This document shows positions 38,604 to 40,158 of a DNA stretch of 40,158 nucleotides, in pieces (position 1 is the stretch's first letter; every line of letters begins with the position of its first letter). The position numbers were made by a program, and so were the translations under genes. Below the pieces are notes generated by a model. It saw only the letters and a program-made list of their open reading frames with translations, searched no databases and was not told the DNA's origin. Source of the DNA: Promethearchaeota archaeon (GTDB lineage Archaea > Asgardarchaeota > Lokiarchaeia > Sigyniarchaeales > SOKP01); contig RDOE01000024.1 in the NCBI GenBank assembly GCA_011364975.1, positions 1 through 40,158 of the forward strand. The letters run 5' to 3'.

Positions 38604-39053
38604 TTATAAAAAGTTTAAAAATTTTGTTAAAGGAATTTTTGCCCCTATTTTTGAAGGGATATCAACTGCTTTTTTTACTTCGTCATAAGTATATCCTTTA
38701 TTATATAGTTTCTCAATTGCAGGTGAAAAAATAGTTTCATAATATTTCATACCGATTTTTTTTATGATTTTGTCGAAATCTTTGACTGTAATCCATTTTT
38801 CTTTTTGCCGATGAATCAATGAAACTCCTTTTTCGTTACCTTTTTGTTCTATTTGATAAGGTTGAGCTTGTTTTCCCAATCTAGCTTGATATCCTACTAC
38901 TGCTATTACTATTCCATGAATTTTTGCTTCTTCTTCGGTATGACCTTTTTTTAACCAATCAATTCGTTGATATTCTGATATAATGTCCCATTTCCCAATT
39001 TTGATATTTTTAATATCCTCCAACTCTTTAGGAGTAAAATTCGCTTTGTTCAT
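38604..39053 (-). CDS. Hypothetical protein
   Basis: 149-aa ORF with ATG start; no function recognised. Confidence 0.7.
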   Translation of the reverse strand: MNKANFTPKELEDIKNIKIGKWDIISEYQRIDWLKKGHTEEEAKIHGIVIAVVGYQARLGKQAQPYQIEQKGNEKGVSLIHRQKEKWITVKDFDKIIKKIGMKYYETIFSPAIEKLYNKGYTYDEVKKAVDIPSKIGAKIPLTKFLNFL

Positions 39054-39150
39054 ATCGATTATTTAAAACTAAATAATTTTACTAACAAAGGAAAATATAT
39101 TTTTTGCTAATTTAAACTTTAAATTTAAAAGTGCTATTAGAAAAAAAAAG

Positions 39151-39232
39151 ATATATAGAATAGAGGAAAATTGATTTAGGTGTGGTATATCGAGAAGCCA
39201 TTTATCTAAACTTTTTCCTCCTTTCTATATAT
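39151..39232. repeat. 82-nt imperfect inverted repeat / long hairpin
   Basis: ATATATAGAA/TTCTATATAT, GAGGAAAA/TTTTCCTC, TTTAGGTG/TATCTAAA and TGGT/GCCA stacked stems. Confidence 0.7.
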
Positions 39233-39304
39233 TTACCTTAAAACTTATATATTCAACTTATTTATTCTTTCACGACTGGGCTTTAATGCTTGTATTCATT
39301 TACT

Positions 39305-40090
39305 TTAGGAAATTTTTATAAATTCCACTGGCCATAACTCACCGTAAACATATTCTTCAGTAGGAGGATAATAATTAGGATGTTCACCCCAATCATCCTC
39401 TCCAAATAAGAATTTTACAAGACCAATTTGATGAACTTTCACTTTTGCCGTATCTCCAATTTCCCACCCATTCCATGAATCAAGAAATACTCCCTCGCCT
39501 TCCGCATGAAAGTGTGAGGATACGACTTCTAGGCCGTCATCTCTTGGATCCGTAGTACTCCATCCAAAAACAGGCACCCACCAGATTGGTAAGTACCAAC
39601 CGTCTTCGTCTTGAAATGGATATAAATCCAAATCAATTTTGAATTCATAGAAGGAGGTGTATTTCATCTCACCTTCAAAGATAGGGAATGGGAAATTGTT
39701 AGTATCAATAAGTATGAAAGGGGCATCATTGCATTTTCTCCAGACTGTTATCAAAAGATCATAACCATCTTTTCCATTCAGTTCTCGTACATGTATATAA
39801 CCATCATAATCACAATCCCAGAATGCTTTATAGTACCACTGCCAATAAAAGTTGCCTGGAGGGTCCTCAATCATAGCACCGCCCGTAGTATGAGGTCTAA
39901 CAAGCAACGAGTTGTCCGGATCTACATAGCCCCCAAGATGAGGGTTTGTAGAGTACCACCACCATTGATCCTCCCACCAACGTTCTAACGGAATATTGTA
40001 TGCTTTTGCTTGAACTACTGGTAAAAAAGCCAGGATTAAAATTCCCAATGTTGCTATTAGTACTAATTTTTTTATGTTAGATTTATCCAT
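39305..40090 (-). CDS. Secreted Trp/Tyr/Asp-rich hypothetical protein
   Basis: Signal peptide MDKSNIKKLVLIATLGILILAFLPVVQA; start at ATG 40090 preferred over 40144. Confidence 0.75.
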   Translation of the reverse strand: MDKSNIKKLVLIATLGILILAFLPVVQAKAYNIPLERWWEDQWWWYSTNPHLGGYVDPDNSLLVRPHTTGGAMIEDPPGNFYWQWYYKAFWDCDYDGYIHVRELNGKDGYDLLITVWRKCNDAPFILIDTNNFPFPIFEGEMKYTSFYEFKIDLDLYPFQDEDGWYLPIWWVPVFGWSTTDPRDDGLEVVSSHFHAEGEGVFLDSWNGWEIGDTAKVKVHQIGLVKFLFGEDDWGEHPNYYPPTEEYVYGELWPVEFIKIS

Positions 40091-40158
40091 TTTTTTCAAA
40101 CTCTTTTTTTTTAAATTTTGGTTTAACTTTTCTGCTTGTTTCATTTTAAATAATTTAA

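Noticed and set aside
39151-39232. SECIS element interpretation of the long hairpin
   Set aside because: No UGA/GA quartet on opposite strands and no in-frame-UGA selenoprotein candidate upstream.
3537-39988. Short shadow ORFs overlapping real genes (e.g. 3537..3797, 6257..6514, 9018..9209, 13905..14114, 15427..15675, 18725..18976, 27234..27470, 28724..28978, 30615..30893, 36377..36565, 39791..39988)
   Set aside because: They lie wholly or largely within well-supported CDSs in other frames or strands and carry no motifs.
1-40158. CRISPR array, IS element, prophage or integrase at the tRNA
   Set aside because: No regularly spaced repeats, no transposase/integrase motifs, and no duplicated tRNA 3' end noticed by eye.

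Overview
AT-rich (roughly 30% GC by eye) archaeal chromosomal segment. It most likely comes from an Asgard archaeon (Lokiarchaeia-like), inferred from GGTGA/GAGG Shine-Dalgarno motifs, a Hef-type helicase, an archaeal sHSP, a longin/uDENN-like protein, paralogous CxxC..CxH proteins and a 7TM protein. About 33 CDSs are supported: sugar and lipid/acyl metabolism (GH4 glycosidase, FGGY kinase, two FAD-oxidase + CCG Fe-S oxidoreductase pairs, NDP-forming acyl-CoA synthetase alpha, Gfo/Idh/MocA, class III aminotransferase), DNA repair, stress and regulatory genes. No CRISPR array, rRNA or transposase was seen. The standout is hidden in the apparent intergenic gap at 35407-35597 (minus strand): a tRNA-His(GUG) gene split into five short exons by FOUR non-canonical bulge-helix-bulge introns (22/23, 32/33, 45/46, 58/59) that splices on paper into a normal 73-nt cloverleaf. 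Other points of interest are a probable ATA start giving Hsp20 an acidic N-terminus, a nuclease-less Hef/FANCM helicase, a 1470-aa prenyltransferase-repeat/coiled-coil/WH tail-anchored protein, and several operator-like repeats and hairpins.
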